Origin: Spirochaetia bacterium | Lineage (GTDB): Bacteria > Spirochaetota > Spirochaetia > SZUA-6 > Bin103 | Direction: 5' to 3' | DNA length: 64,000 nt | Assembly (NCBI GenBank): GCA_965198005.1 | Contig: CBDAOI010000004.1 | Coordinates: forward strand, 2,208,001 to 2,272,000 | Shown here: positions 62,429-64,000 of the stretch, one piece after another | Numbering within the stretch: position 1 is the stretch's first letter | How the letters are laid out: each line of letters opens with the position of its first letter | Notes under the pieces: model-generated | The model's database searches: none | The model's input: the letters and a program-made list of their open reading frames with translations, nothing else | Told to the model about the DNA's origin: nothing | Translations under genes and position numbers: made by a program

Positions 62429-62627
62429 GTGACAGGACACTAGGTTCTCCCATACCGGCGAAGCCTGAGCGACCTCAGGTTCGAGAAGGCACAGGCCGCA
62501 CTCGAGGATGCCCGCGCGAACTTGGAACAGGACCGCCTCGGCACCTCGGTGAACCGCAGCTACCATGCGGCGCTCAACGCTAGCGGCGGTCGACGCGCTG
62601 CGAAGCCGACTTGTCGCGGAGCTATGA
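62429..62627 (+). pseudogene. HEPN-domain remnant
   Basis: RFEKAQAALEDA.....SVNRSYHAA with an early stop and an internal deletion. Confidence 0.55.
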
Positions 62628-62695
62628 GAACCAAAGCTACGCGACCGTAGTGGAGGAGCAGGCGCTGACCCCTGGAACCTCGACGACACGCGCGC

Positions 62696-62818
62696 TTGAC
62701 GGCTGTTGCGGCGTCGCCTATGATGACCGCCTTGGGGTTCCGGCGGATGCAGATGATGCATGTGTGCGTGACTGCATGACGACACGCGCTTGACGGCTGT
62801 TGCCGCTTCGCCTATGAT
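62696..62818 (+). promoter_or_regulatory. Tandem duplicated sigma70 promoters
   Basis: TTGACG-17-TATGAT at 62696-62724 and 62790-62818. Confidence 0.75.
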
Positions 62819-63187
62819 GAGGGCCTTGGAATCGCGACCGATGGGAATGCATGACCACACGTCCCCGCGCAGCCACCCGTTAGCCTCAATGCCGCCGGTA
62901 CGTCTACCGCTCTACCCCCCCCCCCCCCCGAGATCCAAGCATCCGGTAGGGCCTGACCGCTCACCGCGCCGCCTCCACGTCTCCGGCGCCGCCGGCGGCG
63001 GCGCGGCTCCCGTAGACAGCCACGTCCATCGCACCACGCCCGCCCGCGGCGGCGGTCGCGGCACCGTCAGCCCCACGCCCCGGGGCGACCACCTGCACCA
63101 TGCGAACCAGCCGGAGTTTCCGGCCAAGGAACAACAAACACGGGTACCGGGATGCATCCCGAGCCCGAAACCGAGGAGGAGTACACT

Positions 63188-64000
63188 ATGACTCCAAGAC
63201 TCATTGTGCTGCCACTGGCGCTCGCGCTGGTGGCTACCGTTACGTTTGCCAGCCCCGCCGGCGAAGACGCGGCCGAGGGGATGGAGAAGGAGATGGTGCT
63301 CGCGCCACAGTATGGCGGGACCATGACCTTTGCCGTCCAGCGGGAGCCTCCGACGACCGACCCCATGTTCGGCGGCGGGGCGTCACGGGGCGTCGATGGC
63401 GTTGCCGAGAAGCTGGGAATGGTCGACTGGGGAATCGACCGGGAGGTGTACGACCTCACCGGTGCTTTCTTCTACTTCCCGCTGTCGGTCCTGACCGGTC
63501 GACTGGCGGAAAGCTGGGAAACGCCGGACCCCACCACGACCATCTTCAACATCCGCCAGGGCGTTCACTGGCACGACAAGGAACCGATGAACGGGCGGGA
63601 GCTGACGGCCCAAGATATCGAATACAACTTTCACCGGGTATGGGGCTTGGGCAGCGGCTTCACCGCACCTCATGAGATCTATACCGGCCCACTCGCCAAC
63701 ATACTCGTCGAATCGGTAACGGCGACCGACGAATACACGGTTGCAATTGAGCTGAAGCAGCCACAGCTCGGGGCGTTGCAGGTTATCCTCATCGACTGGG
63801 GTGGGTTCATTCTGCCCCCCGAGGTCATTGAGCAACACGGTGACGTGAAGGAATGGAGCAACCTGGTGGGCACCGGGCCCTTCATGCTGACGGACTGGGT
63901 CGACGGCAGCTCGACTACCTGGACCAGGAATCCGGACTACTGGGGCTACGACGAGAAATTTCCGGAGAACCGTCTGCCCTATTTTGACGGAGTAAGAGCC
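63188..64000 (+). CDS. ABC family-5 substrate-binding protein, 3'-partial
   Basis: GAGGAGG RBS, signal peptide, PQYGG and LAESW. Confidence 0.9.
   Translation, partial: MTPRLIVLPLALALVATVTFASPAGEDAAEGMEKEMVLAPQYGGTMTFAVQREPPTTDPMFGGGASRGVDGVAEKLGMVDWGIDREVYDLTGAFFYFPLSVLTGRLAESWETPDPTTTIFNIRQGVHWHDKEPMNGRELTAQDIEYNFHRVWGLGSGFTAPHEIYTGPLANILVESVTATDEYTVAIELKQPQLGALQVILIDWGGFILPPEVIEQHGDVKEWSNLVGTGPFMLTDWVDGSSTTWTRNPDYWGYDEKFPENRLPYFDGVRA

Noticed and set aside
20000-64000. Diversity-generating retroelement or classical integron
   Set aside because: No reverse transcriptase or tyrosine integrase, no evident adenine-specific variation between repeats, no recognisable attC sites
1-64000. tRNA/rRNA genes or prophage
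   Set aside because: No recognisable cloverleaf, rRNA signature or phage structural genes by eye; tRNAscan was not run

Overview
High-GC bacterial DNA. The ABC-binding-protein style suggests a host-associated Spirochaetaceae-like organism, but this is inference only. From 1-20 kb: an MMPL/LolA-like/beta-barrel operon, a duplicated chromate transporter flanking a lower-GC subtilase island, an epoxide hydrolase, an atypical prolyl-tRNA synthetase, and three amidohydrolase-fold genes with a Rieske ferredoxin. From 20-64 kb: a heavily reshuffled array of paralogous Opp/Dpp-type ABC operons (binding protein plus two permeases, no ATPase genes seen). These are interleaved with many toxin-antitoxin/defence modules: AbiE, VapBC, two AbiEii-like pairs, DUF4258/YgiT, YefM/YoeB, XRE/nucleotidyltransferase, a HEPN remnant, three Rpn copies and AAA-nucleases. 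The most striking signal is at the junctions, where 25-75 nt snippets copied from other genes in the window are inserted, inverted or permuted, and most TA/defence modules sit in or next to permease-gene fragments. No integrase, reverse transcriptase, intact transposase, CRISPR array, tRNA or rRNA was recognised. Assembly artefact has not been excluded.
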